A model generated the notes under the pieces. That model did no database searches. It was given only the letters and a program-made list of their open reading frames with translations, and was not told the DNA's origin. Below, in pieces: positions 1-13,953 of a stretch of DNA of 64,000 nt. The position numbers and the translations under genes were made by a program. Origin of the DNA: Phallusia mammillata. Lineage: Eukaryota. The stretch spans positions 24,366,001 through 24,430,000 of the forward strand of contig OZ281496.1 of assembly GCA_965637545.1 (NCBI GenBank). The letters run 5' to 3'. Numbering within the stretch: position 1 is the first letter of the stretch; every line of letters starts with the position of its first letter.

Positions 1-193
1 CTGGATTAGTTGAAACCAATGTCAATTAGTTCAATTCTTACCGTATTACTAACCATTTATATCTAGAGTTTGTAAGAATTAGGTGAAGATCCTGATTAAC
101 CGAATCCTGTTTAATCTAGGTTTTCTCTAGTTTCTTTACAATCACTGCAAAGTATGTATTTGATAAAACATTTCTGTTTCCAAACCATTTCAG

Positions 194-2144
194 CCCACCC
201 CCACCCCAGCAATAGAAGACTTACAACTGGATGAACCCCCAAAAGTTGTTGAGCAACCAAAAGAAGAGGAAGCTATTGTGGAAACTAAACCAACTGCTCC
301 TAAAATCTTGTCATGGGCAGATCGTGCATCAAAAAATACACCAGCTCAATCCAAAACACAGCAAGGAACAGTTGTTAAAGTTCACCAGGTAAGGATGCTT
401 TTTCTTTTCAACACATTAACTTCTGCTCGATGTTAGTTCGCCAACGAGTAGACCAGGTAACAAATATATAAGTTAGTTCAGTTTATTAACCGGTGCTCCG
501 TGGAACACTAGTGTTTCATGAAAGATCGCCAGGTGTTCAATACCGGTCTATAATCACTGGTTCAACACAGTGGATGTAATTAGCTTTTCTTTTATGAAAG
601 TAATTATCCACTATTACCCGTTTGAATGTTCCATCGATATTTGCTTTATTTATTGTTCTTAAGTAGTATGAATGTAAAGTACAACACAATGCATGAGCTT
701 TTTTGCATTATGAAAGTTTGTTTGGTGTTCCACAAGAGTATTTTTGTCCCTAAAGTGTTTGTGGCTCAACAAAGGGTTGAAAAACATTAATGCTGCACCC
801 TCAAAAGTTCGGTTATTTTATAGTTGCACTTCGGGTCAAAAACTTCGTAGGCTGGTGCATTGTGCTTAAAGGTTATTCATTGCATTGCCATGAAAGTCAT
901 TTATGCCTGACTGCATCTAATTACAATGTTTACAATTTATTCAGCAACCAGAACCAACAGAGCCAACTGAAGCACCGCCAAGGGCCCAACGTCCACAAAG
1001 ACCAAACCAGAGGAATTACCAGCGGGATGATGATCGTGATCGTGGTTTTGGTGACAGGTCAGATCAACCAAGACGTTCTGGGCCTATTGGAGCTGGTACC
1101 ACTGGCCCACCCGGGGGTCGCGACCAGATGCCAATCAGATATCCTGACCAGCAACAAATCTTTGTTGGAAATTTGCCTTATGACATTTCTGAAAGTGATT
1201 TAAAAGACCATTTTGCAGGTGTGTAAAACGAACTGCTGCTTTGATTGCATTTTGTATCAGTTTTTTAAGTGAAAATATTCTGCAGATTTTGGAAAAGTTA
1301 TTGAGGTTCGAATCAACCATTCACACTCCAACAATCCAAGCTTTGGTTTTGTCATTTTCGAGGAATGTCAAGCTGTTGACCGTGTTCTGGAAGTCATGGT
1401 AAGAATCCAAAACACGTATTTGCAATCAAGCAGTTCTTTGTGTTAAGTGGTTCTCAACCTTTTATAGGATAGCGTACCACCTGGTAACGTTTTGTTTCGC
1501 TTTCGCCAGTTTAAATAGGTACACAAAGCAGTATATTTTTCTCGATCAGACTATAATATTTCTAAAACGAGCAAGGTTAGCAATTTCTGAGGAATGTCCA
1601 AAACCAGAGTTTGTCCCAAACCAGGTCCAATTAGTTGGGTATGATAAATTGAAGTTCTTGATCTGACTTCAATTGAGTATAACAGAAAGCTGCTCACACC
1701 ACCTGAAAAGTTCCGGGCACCACTAGTGGTCTGCAGACCACAGGTTGAGAACCACTGCTCTAATGGATAAATAAGAAGCAATTACACTTTAAGTTACTAA
1801 CAACAGCAAACTAGAAGCTGGTTGGGTAAAAAAAAGTGTGTAACATTACAAAATATTGGCAGTTGAACATTAGTAGGTTTTAAACTTGCTATTTTTTACA
1901 GCCGACGCATTACAAAGACAAGCACCGTATCAACATAGAGGAAAAGAAGCAGCGTAGCGCAAGGGACAACAATAGACGGATTGGTGGCGACCAGAGACGT
2001 GGCCCAGGCATGATGGGCGATGGTCGTGGTGCCAGACGCGGCGGCGGTGGCGGCCCAATGGGAATAAGACGTGATCGGCAAGGTTCCAGAGAAGCTCGGG
2101 ATGGCCAACCTCGGCCAAGTCATAACACAGGCCAGCGTCGGTGA
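194..2144 (+). CDS. G3BP: G3BP/Rasputin stress-granule protein, 3' part (5' end outside window); exons 194-388, 945-1218, 1286-1398, 1902-2144
   Basis: GT-AG exons join in frame. Product: acidic/Pro-rich region with SWADRASKN, RRM (QQIFVGNLPYD...FGFVIFEE...INIEEKK), Arg/Gly-rich tail ending at TGA 2142-2144. The NTF2 domain would lie upstream. Confidence 0.85.
1445..1757. mobile_element. hAT-like MITE remnant in a G3BP intron
   Basis: Inverted ends AGTGGTTCTCAACCT / AGGTTGAGAACCACT. Same terminus type as elements at 7317-7487 and 17988-18391. No clear TSD. Confidence 0.45.
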
Positions 2145-5100
2145 CCAAGTCGAAATCCAAAGTGAAAAAAAAGAATTCGTTTCTGATGCTACTGTTGATG
2201 TTATTCTTTCTCCTTAACCTGGCAGCTTTTGACGACTGTTGTTTTTTCTCACATTCTGGGCGCCCCCGGATTTTCTAGGCCAATCTTTTCCTTAATCTCG
2301 GCGTACGCTGCTTCGATAGCTTCGCAACATGGCTGTGAGTTCGCGCATGCGCAGTGCGTGGCAGTGACGTCCAGTCGCATTTGTGGATTTTAAGTTTTAT
2401 TTATTGCCCCGGCGCTTTTTACGAAGATCCGCCGGGGTCGCCAAGCCTTCACTTTTCACAGGTGTTTGAACTGAAGTATCGCGCCAGTTACACCGAATTT
2501 TTCCTGTTATTGGTCCGACCTGACCCCCCATTTACCCCTTTTTACTCCCTACACCCTAATTACTACGCTAAACCGGCAAAAAAATGGATTTCATATTGAT
2601 CATTTGCAGGGACGCATGCATTACATTAAAACATCAGCACGTGTTAGTCATTAGCAAGTGTGACCGCTACAAGTATTGAAACCGCGAGCAAAATTATTTT
2701 TTTCTGTACAACCGTTTATATTTTATACACGTCTGGCAGTTATGAATTTCAAAGACAATTACTCCAGCTAAGTCACAAAAAGGTAAAATTTGCCCATTTT
2801 CCATCTCGAATGTTCAATCAAGTTCGACCCCCTTCGTAGTTCATCTTATACACATATACATTTTCTCGTATTTGGTGCAAACTGTGTTACAATTACCCAA
2901 GTGCTTCGAGATTTTCAAATACGACCCTTTGCAGGCAGTAGACTTTGAACAGCTAAACCCTATTTCGGACTACCTGTAGCACTGTAGCGTATTTATTACG
3001 ACTTCGGCCCAAATCATTATAACACGGAAAAATGTGTATTAAACGCATTGAAGCAACGGTGTAAACAATAAACATGCGAATTTTTAAATATCTTTGCGCC
3101 AAATTCGCCTACCTAATTAAACCCGATAAAGTGTTTAAAGCATTCACCTAATTTCCAGCAATCCATATCTATAAAATGTAACTTTGCGAAAATCATTTCT
3201 GCCTACCAAATTCTGATGCTAAAATATTCTTTTCCCCAAAGCTGCTATTCTACAGAAACCATTGGCTTGTAAATTTTGTACTTTAGCTCCATCTAGTGTT
3301 CAAAGCTCCTTTTCTGAATTGGGCTTTTGTACAGCAGCTGGTCGTGCCGCGCAAATTCCCTGTGAAAATTTCTTCGCCTGCGTAAACCCACCGGTGATAC
3401 GCGCTCCTGAATGCACAGTTTTTGTTGTCGTTCGTGTGTAAAACGCAAAAACGTCGGAATTACATTTCTTTGGTAATAATCTGATGCCTTTCTATACACA
3501 GCCATATAGAATTTAACCTCTTTTACAAATGTTTAAGGATGATACTTGAATGAAAAGATAGCAGTCAGTTGAAACAAAAGTTGCAAGAGATATCCCGGGA
3601 CAAAAATCGATTGCTTTTTTAAGTTGCGCACTTTAACCAGAGGTGCGACACCCACCGGGTTTCTGTGAATCTGAGGGTTCCACGAGGTTTCTTGTAAGAT
3701 TTCGAACAGGATTGATAAATAGTTCTGTTGTTGCAAACAATACAACAGTGTTGGAACTCTCATTATAGCTCTCCAGTTGGTAAAAATCTGGCAATCTGTA
3801 AAATGCCGAGACGGCCGAGTGGGTTCTACACCTATCTCGGTAGCTTGTTTCCCTAAGTAACGAACTTGAGCGGCTTTGCCCCAACCCAGTGGAACCTGAT
3901 GAGTTGAAATAAATTGAACTCACCAGCCGCCTGAATCGAAAACTGATTTCAATTTTAAAAAATGTTTTAATTTAAAAAAAGATTTAACAAAAAACGATTC
4001 AATTATAACAGGCAGCTTGACGGCAGACTCGTGAACATAATGCATTAACGCTTTGCCGACCCAATAAAAATGAAACAAACAAACAAACAAATGTTACAAA
4101 TTTAACAAAAATTGAATAAAATTCCAGAATTGGGTTGTTTTTGTCCCGGAATCCCGGGATAGGTCAACGTGGCAAATTTGAGAAACCCTAGTTCTGAACT
4201 TAATCAGCACTGAGTTTTGGAAGTTGAGAGATATATAGGCCACATATGCTTTGGCTCCACTAAATGTATGCTGTACTTTTTCCAAAACAAGATCGTTTTG
4301 GTCCTCTATGTCAGGGGTCCGCAAATAGTGGGTCGCGACCCAAATGTGGGTCGCGAGACCTTCCGGTCTGGGTCGCGAAACATTTTAAAATTCCATGAAT
4401 ATACGCATTGTATCTATAGTATTAATGAAATGTCAGCTTTTTTTAACCTAATTATTATTGCATTGTTACATATGACTACGTACAGTCTATGTAACAATAC
4501 AATAAGTTAAGCGCACCTGTGCAAGCAGTCTTGCGTTTTCTGCACTATCTTATTAAAAGCAAATTCGCAAAATATAAAACAGACAGCATTTTTTACTGGT
4601 TCGGTTCCGGTTCGGGTCCAACGCCAAACAAAATATGAGGTTCAGATCCGGTTCGGGTTTCTAGAAAATCGTAATTAGCGGTTCGGGTTCGGTTCGGGTT
4701 TAATGAAATTAACCGCTCAAACCGGTTCGACTCCCTGGTTGTGACATTTAATAACAAAAGTTACACCTCTCAATCTTGTGACTGCTAGTCATATACCTAG
4801 AGTATATTTGTGCCCAAGGATTCAAGAGACTTAATATGGCTCTCGACCCAAGAACGGTTTTCCAAAGTGGTAACTAATTCATTCGGTCCTTTTTTGTTTG
4901 CAACGCTTTGACTTGTTCTGTTTACTGTGAATTATTACGAATACGAAAACAAAATAAAATTATATGATTGATTGATTGGTAAACGTTTAATCTGATTCGT
5001 GCTATTGACATGTATTTGATTCCACCCAACGAGCGAACATTACTTTCAATTGTTCTGTCTGTGTACACAGTAATAGTCTGGATCTCGTGGCGTGGGTCAA

Positions 5101-6259
5101 TTTAGATCAGTAGTTCTCTGGGAGAAGGTAGAGCAGTGAAAACGAAATAAAACTAATGAGTCATTTTTGTCATCCAGCTACTGGTAAAAGTAATATAATC
5201 TGTATTTACTGTATTGGTACTTTATTTTGCTTCGTGATTTCAATGATGATGTCACAATGCATTTTGCGCAATTTAGCAATGCCTCATTTATCGGGGCTTG
5301 TCTGCGCCTTAAAAAAAATTGACTGGTAGCAATAGATTTGTGCTTGGCCGAACCGAGTCAGAACCCAAGTGCTCGGTACATCGGCGCTTGGTCGCATTAA
5401 CTTAGCCGAGCGTTAGACTTGAAAACGCGAAACCCTACTACGAATTAATTACTTGCTTATTACACAATAATTTAACGGGCAAGTCACAAAGTGTGATTTG
5501 TCCACTACTCACGTACGGAAATAGGGTCTCCAAGACAAATAGTGACTGTTTTCAAAAACGTCAAATAGTGGGAACATGCGCACCCGAATGTGTTTTCAAT
5601 TAGTGATGTTGTTATTTGAAAAACGTTGGTTTTACCTAGCTTGCTTCACATGTTACGCAGAAGGTACCTCTACAACTTTGATGCGGCCCTGGGATCTGAA
5701 AAGGGGGCATTAAAATCAGTAAAACACGTTATGTGAATGAAAGCGGTGCGTGACCGTCACTATACAATATACACTGAGCGTGATCGACCATGTGTACTGT
5801 CTGCAGTCAGTGGTATCATGTTGTATTAACTAGCCTTTTTTACTTAAAGCGAATTATCACATAGATATTGTAAATAATTTAAAATTATTTTTAAATTTTT
5901 GTTATTTTGCGGGACATTTATATATTACGTAGACCTAAAAGAGGCGGTACCAGAAAATAGGTTGAGCAACACTGGTTTAAATGCATGAGCGTCTCTAATC
6001 ACAAGGTATGCTACAGCACAAAAAAATGCGAGTTTCAACGAAAGTATTCATACGGAATGGTAGATTTTTTTTTTTTTAATTTTTTTTTTGATTGGTTTAA
6101 TCTTGTCAGGCGAAAAACTATTAAAGTTATAGCTAAAAGTTATGATAAAAACAACACTAGTAGACAAATTCCTTGATTATTTTCTGTGCTTGCAGATTAA
6201 TAGGAAAAGTATTTACTTGGGCAGTTTTGGCTTCTACAATAAATCTTTGTGTTTCCTAA

Positions 6260-9200
6260 ATGGGAAAACTGCTTCGAAAGCGGACATGGCTGTACACGTT
6301 CCTAATAATAGGCCTTTGGATGGTATTTTTACCATATTTTCTGACATACCATATAGTAAAGCATTCAACACTTCCGAAAGACTATGAAAATGAGTGTTTG
6401 ACCCGTAACATAAAGGATTTAGTGCAAGTCAGTCACAAGCAAGGGTTTGTCGATGTGGCACCGTTGGAAGATATTGTAATAGAATGCCTTGGTGTGGCTA
6501 CGAAGCGTGACAAAGTCAAAGGAACGCCTTCTGAAAATGTTAAAAAAATGGAAAAGATAGATGTAAAGAAGAAACAAGAAATGTGTCCCAGCATTTCGCC
6601 GCTTCTAAAAGGTCCAATTTCAATCCTGATAAACCGTAAGTTTAAAGTAAGCTTGCAAGATGTAAATGACCAGACAGTAGGACATCTGCTATGTACTGTA
6701 AGAACTATACAGTTAAAGCTATAAGAATGTTTCCAAACGAGATTTTTTTATCTTTTGTCACAAACTTTGACTTTTTGATTTTATAAAGACACTTTAACTT
6801 CGCCAAGCCACGACAGAGTTTGTATTTTTTTAATTTGTATTAGACATTGATGTATAAACTTGAAGAGTAGTTTTTGACAAGTGAAATGCACTTTAATAAA
6901 TACCGGAGTGGGTCTAAAACAATCTCTCACACTTTCTCAAGGCGGCTGTGTGTTCAGAGAACCCGAATTTCACATGATCGTCACAATGGGCAAAGCCTTA
7001 ACTAAATATTTGCTATACCATCGTGCGTTTCAACACCAAGAATTTTTCTCGCAATTTTTGTCGTTCGGTATTTGTGATGACTAACACCCAAAAATGAATT
7101 GATTGTTTCACAAGTTTCACAACCCAACACAAGTTCTGATATTGTTTCATTCCATCTGCCCCTCTGTCGCATTTGAAGATGATATTACCCACCTCGTTGT
7201 TTTAACAAGCTATTCGCACAAAAATATTGAAAAAACTTATGCATTCGTTTGTTAGCGACCTTATCAAGAGTATGATGCTATTATAACGTGCGTTTGCAAC
7301 CTTGTCAAAACCAAATCAGCGGTTCTTAAGCTGGGGTCCGCTGTCCCTTCGGAGTCCGCCACGCTTTTTCGGAGGGACCGCGGAAGTTTGTATTTCTACA
7401 ATATTATGTAATATAAGATTTAGCTTGGACCGCGAGTGCTTACAAAGGGACCGTTATGACAAAAATTAAAAAGTTTGAGAACCCCTGAAATTTAAACCAA
7501 TTTAGAACTTTTTTTACTACTTAGGTACAAAAACCTTTATTTAACAGCTTGTCTATTTTGTGACAGCCGATTTGGATTACATTGTGAGGGTGACCAATAC
7601 AAGTAAACAACCGCTGCAGAACTGGCCACCAACGTTGGAAGAAGTAGCGGTCCATTACAAAGACTTAGAACTCGGTGGTTCTTATGCTGGTCCACGTGAC
7701 TGCGTATGTAGGACTTCTATTGCCGTTATCGTTCCAATCCGAGATCGAGAAATGCATTTGAGGTATAAGTCGAATTAAATTCTCGTTCTGCTGTAAAAAA
7801 ATCACTTAATCGTTGAAGTGTACACCCAGACCCGTTTAACATGTTGAATCAATATTAACTTAATTTTATTCAGGATATACGAATAAACGGTTTCTGTGCT
7901 TAGTTTGGGTTTTGTCTTGTACTAAATTGATATACCTTTAGGCTCCCGTCGATAATTCATTACGGATAGTTTAGTGAATTTAATTGAAATCCGCCTACTT
8001 TTGAATGTCTACATATATTTTAAATGACACATGTTAACAACAGCTCAATTTTACTTCTAACCGGGTCAAAGTTTTAGTTTCGTTTTAGATTGATTCGTGT
8101 GCTATAATGGGTCAAATGTCATGTTACGTTAAGATAGGGTTGACAGTAGTAGGATTTATAATATATATGGCAAGTAATTTTCCTTATCTGCTTCAGTCAG
8201 GGCGGCATATGGTGTAAAAAATACTTTGGTGACATACAGGTATTTTCTCCACTACATTCATCAGCTTCTGCAAAGGCAACAGCTCTGTTACGTTGTAATC
8301 GTCGCTGAACAGGATGACAAGGAGACCTTCAACAAAGGCCAGTGCATTTTTTTGAATTTGCCAGTCCCTATAAGTATTTATAGTCAAATGAGTGAACCCA
8401 CAAAGTAAGACCGCAAGATTTGCTTGTGGAATAAAGCCTTGTCGTATAATTGCAGGTCAACTTATGAACTCGGCTTTCGTTTACGCAAACCGGTTGATGA
8501 ATTTTGATTGCTTTATTTTTCACGATGTCGACATTATTGCTCAAGACGATCGAATCCCTTATACTTGCAGCAGTAAGTTCAGTTCCTTGCATTGCTGTTC
8601 GTATACCGTGTAAAATCATAGTTTTAAACCAATAACTTTAGTGCAGTAAACTTAAATAATAATATATGTATTCATACTTGTAATTATAACTGCACAACTG
8701 CCTGATTTAGGCGGTGTGATTATTACTGTACGAGTCCCTAGAACTCAGGCGTTCTATGAATTAAGTGACTCCTCGAAGCGGCCGAGCGGGTTGTTGCTGT
8801 CCGATGGTACAGGAGCAAGGGTAAAGAATATTTTGTCCTTTGAGGCCGAGTTTAGGCTTGATTCATTTTTATAGCATCGATTTTAAAAACCGCACAGACA
8901 ACAGGAAACGTAAATCAACGACTGTTTATGGCTTCTTTCTTGTTTCGGCGAACAAGAATGCTAAACTTGTGCTATACCAATCGGTAGAATCTATACCAAA
9001 GCCATCAGATATGCAGAAGCTGCTTATGCCGCCCTGCGTACCTTACCTACTAGATCTGACCATACCTTAAATGTTTCATCCAAATTCTTCATAGAGCAGT
9101 AGTACTTTTTATATTATTTGTAGGTGAACATGTATATCATCTCGCCCCTTACATCGACAAATTTAATTACGAGTTAGATGAGCATTTGACTGTCGGCGGG

Positions 9201-12200
9201 GCTTTGGCTTTTACCAAGGAACAGTTCACGGCGGTCAATGGCTACTCCAATGAGTTTGTGGTAAGTGCTTTCAACCAACGTTCTAAAATCGCACCGGAAT
9301 ACATCAATTATAAAGTTGAGGGTTAATGTACCACACTCGATATTAGTCCCATTACCTCCAGTCAAACCTATATATCGTTCAAAAAAAGATTTGGCCCATA
9401 ACTCACATTGACATTAGACATGCACATAAATTGTCATCAAATAAAAAGTACCTAATGTATATAAAGTATACATTTTTCTTATTTGCGAACTATCTGTTTA
9501 AAACCACCATTCTATGCGTTTTACGTATCACACGCCGTGTTTATAATTTCGTGGCGCAATAAACTTCTTGTCGTTTACAAACTTAATTTTATTAACTTAA
9601 TTATCTACCAGGGATGGGGTGGTGAGGACGATGACATGGCAGTTAGAATTGAAAACATGAAATTCAACATTTCGCGTTTGAACGCAACTTACGCCAGGTA
9701 CACTGCAAACCAAATTGGGTAGAGACAGTATGAAAAAGTTGGGTTTGCAAAAATACACCCAAGTGTTTTGGGTTTACACTGTAAAGTAAGTCAAATAAAT
9801 GCCCAAATTTTGATTGCTACCCAAACTTTTATGTGTACCCAACCGCATTTACCCAAATAATTTGGGTTCAAGTGATAAAGTAATGCAAGAATGTACCTAA
9901 ATTATATTGTTACCCAAATTTTGAAGTGTACAAAACTGAATGTACCCAAATGATTAGGGTAAAAATGATAAAGTGCCAAAACTATTTTCAAAAAAAGTCA
10001 GTTGTTGCAAGTAAATTTGCATATTTTATCAAACGAATACTTTCTATAAGCGTGTCTCTTCAATGCTTACAGATTATTGCAACCGCAAACTATAAAAAAG
10101 CCACTTTGATAACTGCTTTGGCATGGTTCTCTTACTGATGCTTACCCATTTGCAATCAATATGCGAAAAAAAAACACTCGCTACGGCGTTAATGCGTATA
10201 CGACGAACTACACGATTTTAAACAAGCCGTCAGTAATGTCCTGAACGTTCTCTGCTTTCATTGCAGGACATAATAATTTGGTCCAAAAGGATAAACACAA
10301 ATTTAAATGTGAATATTAAGGGATTATCCAATCAAACGTTGTTTCAAAAAACACATGAAAAAGGTGATCCGTTAAATTGTCTTCTGAAGCTTCGGACAAA
10401 GTGCCACGTTTAGGGCGTGGCTGGTGGCAAAAGCCCGCGAACGGGATCACGTGTGTTTGTTGCAAGCGACTATGGTGTTTGTCGTGTTTAGTCGGTTTTT
10501 GTACTGAATGTTTTAGCTTAATTTAGGTTAGAATAAAACAATTTAAAAATGGATTCATCGAATAGCGATGTTATCATAATTGTCAAGGAAGCGTTACAAG
10601 GTGTTTCTGAGGAAAAGACACAAAAGATATGCGACATTTTTACAGGTAAATATTTTTTGTTAGAATAACTTTGTAATTGGTCCTTAAACTATAATACTTT
10701 ATAGAAAGCCTGGTTGATGGAAAATCCTTAGCAGTGGCTAATTTCAGTTTGCTAGTTCAAACATTTGCGGAGGTTCCAAGAGGGCTCCTGTTGAGAATTT
10801 TTAACAAGTTTTCTGAAAAACGTGAAAGGGAAAAGATAGAAAGGGCATTGCATATGGACACATCAGTAGATTCTGACTCTGACACAGTACCACTAACAGA
10901 CAGTGACATCACAGAAGATAGCAGTCTGACTTTAAACACATCTGATGAGTTTTCCAACAGTAGTAGTGATGAAGTGCCATCCTCATCCCACCATATTTTT
11001 ACACCAAATTTGTGCAAACCAGTGCCAAAAGTGTTTCCAATTGAATTGTGTCGATTCGGATTTTATGCCAAAGAAGTTTTAAGAACTGGAAAAATTACAG
11101 AATGTGGTACCAGTGAAATAACAACAGAATTAATCACAGTAATGAAAAGATATAAAAGGCAAGTTAAGTGTTTTCCAAATTTATCATGCCTAAAAATGGC
11201 CTAACAGTATTGTATTATGCAGATACCCAACTGCAGAAATAAGAAGAAAGGTTATTCAAGAATTTGTCAAGATTGGTAAAGCAACAGTTGGTTTAGATGA
11301 AGATGCAGCAAAGGTAAAACCAACAGCAGTGATTGTCACTAATTTTATTTTTATGTAACTTCCACCATTGTTTACAGAAATTCTGGCTCCGAAAAGTTAG
11401 TTCCAAAATAAATTCCCAAATGAAACAGATGAGAAAGTTATCTAGTCCACCCAAGTGTTTTTCAAAAAGAAAATACAACAACATTTCTGGGACAGCAGAC
11501 ACAACATGTGTTAAGCGTAGAAAATCATCAGTGGGACTTCTAGAAACAGAATCCAATGAGGAACAATTTAAAGAAGACAAAGAAGTCAGTATCAGTTGTT
11601 GTAAGCTTTGGGTCAACTACCAGTTTGCTAATGTTGATGTTAATATGGTTAACTGACAGAATTAAAACAATCACATTTTTGTATCAATTGACATTTTACT
11701 TTTGTTAGATTTTACAAGATGAATTTAAAAAACCATCTGTCTGTCGCAATAAGCGAACAATTTGTGAAAAAATGGAGGCAACATTTTTGTATCGGTGCAA
11801 CTACATACTAAACACTAAACCATCACCAAATGAGCTCATGGAACAATGGCCTGCACTTTTTACTTATGATGAAGTGAGTGTTATCTAGATTCTTTAAAAT
11901 GCTATAAAACAGTGCCAGAATTTGTTGGATTACAGGCATACGGTAGTGCTAAACTTTTTTGAACTTAAGTTCTAACTTGCTAAAATTCCAAATGTTTTTT
12001 TCTTTTCAATAGAAACAAACCATAATTAACAATGTGTTTTTTAGTTGATCCGTGACTTCAAAAGACTGCAGCCCACTCTACCTTCAGAGACAGAAATAAG
12101 GAATGTTGGAGATGTATTATTTACAAAAGTAATTAAATTTGCATCTGAAAAACCTTACAAATCAGCAAATCTTAAGCGAATTCTCCAAATGCTTCCTGAT

Positions 12201-13953
12201 GAAATGGACAAGTTTAATGGTAAGTGGAAATATATTGTGATTGAACTTTCCATAACAAATGATCATTTCTATACATTTGTTTTGTGAACAGATCTGAGTT
12301 TTGCTGTTGGAATTCTGTTGGTGTGTTGTCTACTAACAGGAAATACAAAACGAGAGTTTAGCCAGGACCGTTACCTATTGGATATATGCCCAGTATGTAA
12401 ACATTTTCACACCATTTAATGTATGTACACAGCATAACATTTCATATGTTGCAGATTAACACATCGTTTGAAGACACAAAAAATGCATTTGGTGATCGCC
12501 AGCAGCCAATTCTTGTCATATATGGAGATGCTGCTGATCCACAAAAGATACTGCTTTTTGCTGAAAACCAGGTTATTCTGCAAACCACCAATGTTGTAGA
12601 AGGGCTACTATCCTTGTTTGCATGTTACTTTGTCTTTAATTACGAATATTGCCCTCATGTTGTGAAAGCACTCTATTTTCTTCAAACATATCTTCTAAAA
12701 ATTGGCAACAACTCTCCATATCATTCTGTTAAAGAACTCAAACTAAGTTTGGAAACATCTCAGTAATTTTCATGCATTTTGCCCATTGTGACGTGTACAG
12801 TATTTGATTTTCTAACTTTTTTGGTGGAAATGTAGGGTTACACTTCGTTTCTGTTCATTATTTAAAAAAATTGTGATGTGACCATGTGAAATAAAACGGA
12901 AATGGTCGTTCAGCTTATATGTTTGTGTGGGTTCAGTGAGCAAATATTTGCTTGGGTTTATACGTTTTTACCAAAAAAAAGCAAAACCTTAATTAACGCA
13001 AAAAATAGTAAACTGGGAGTTCACCCAAAAACATTTGGGGTTTACTTTGCCCAATGTTTTTAGTTGGGTTTCTCAACCAATTTACCCAATTAAATTGGGT
13101 GATGACAACCCATTTTTTTGGGTTGTGTTAGCCCACTTTGGTTTACAGTGTATGATTTATTGACCTAACCCTACCGGTATTATAAATCACGATTTAAGTC
13201 TTCAGAATGTTTTTGCAAAGCAATTTTTGATTTATGTCGTACGCCTACACTTGGCTCGAACCTGAAAGTATAAGCCAAAAACCCGATTTAAAAAATAAAA
13301 TAATGTCCGTTTTGGACCAGCAGATTTGATTTACAGTGGAAAAGTACGTCTATGGTGGCCTATGAGTGCCACCTAAAAACATGACATTAAAATAAAAAAA
13401 TAAACTTAAAATTAATTTGCAAACTTAAATAAAAATTGATTTGTGAATTCAAAATGATTCGAAAACAAAAAGTAAATTGAAATGTTATGTGGTCTGCAAC
13501 CAGTTGGTATCAACCCGGTTTCATTTAAACAAAAGCCCGAGTCTATAAACCAGACAATATAAACTCAACGTTAAAATGCATCCCTGTTGGAATGTGTTAA
13601 CCTGCAGTATTCACAGGTTTAAAATGATTAAACACAAACCTGACAAGGGAAACCCGATCAACCCCCATCGAATGGACCGTGGAGGTGTGTCACGTGATCG
13701 TATAAAAGAAGACGGCCTGAGCTCTTTGAACACATTGTCTGTTGACGTCATCAAGTACATGACGCACACACGGTTGAAGTTAAAGACCTTTAGGCCAAAA
13801 TATGTCGAAGAAGTTCTTAACCGTCCTCAATCGATTTTCTTCGGAAACAACAAATTTGTTTTCAAGTCATTTGATCTCACGGGTCTTGGTGCCAGGATTG
13901 CAGAAAGACGTAAGATGGAAAAGGACGCCAAACGACGGAAGAAAATGTTTTAG
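6260..13953 (+). CDS. B4GALT: Beta-1,4-galactosyltransferase family (GT7) type II membrane glycosyltransferase, ~458 aa; exons 6260-6646, 7548-7762, 8240-8337, 8456-8572, 9124-9260, 9612-9697, 13617-13953
   Basis: N-terminal TM, CPSISPLLKGP, VIVPIRDREMHL, FNKGQLMN, FHDVD (DxD), GWGGEDDD and KMIKHKPDKGNPINP motifs. Exon phases are consistent if intron 3 is GC-AG. Subfamily not assignable by eye. Confidence 0.9.
9701..13150. mobile_element. CACTA/EnSpm (CMC)-type DNA transposon, 3450 bp, no transposase seen
   Basis: Termini CACTGCAAACCAAATTGGG ... CCCACTTTGGTTTACAGTG; TA duplicated on both sides (9699-9700, 13151-13152); dense ACCCAA/TTGGGT subterminal repeats in both orientations at both ends. 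Confidence 0.85.
10549..12766 (+). CDS. Transposon-borne SAM-domain (SAMD3-like) accessory protein, ~533 aa; exons 10549-10645, 10705-11158, 11223-11313, 11378-11584, 11709-11873, 12045-12219, 12292-12392, 12455-12766
   Basis: Eight exons sum to 1602 nt with no internal stop. SAM-like N-terminus (VDGKSLAV...VPRGLLLRIFNKF), then YPT, W...K..N..K, TF.YR....WP.LF and C-terminal LLSLFACYFVFNYEY...YFLQ motifs that I recognise from SAMD3-like proteins (from memory, not searched). Confidence 0.7.

Noticed and set aside
790-2160. ORFs 790-1203, 1135-1320, 1896-2123, 1930-2160
   Set aside because: Alternative-frame or antisense overlaps of G3BP exons.
3293-3923. Three overlapping minus-strand ORFs in a slightly GC-richer patch
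   Set aside because: No recognisable motif or consistent splice model; may be a decayed element. Needs BLASTX.
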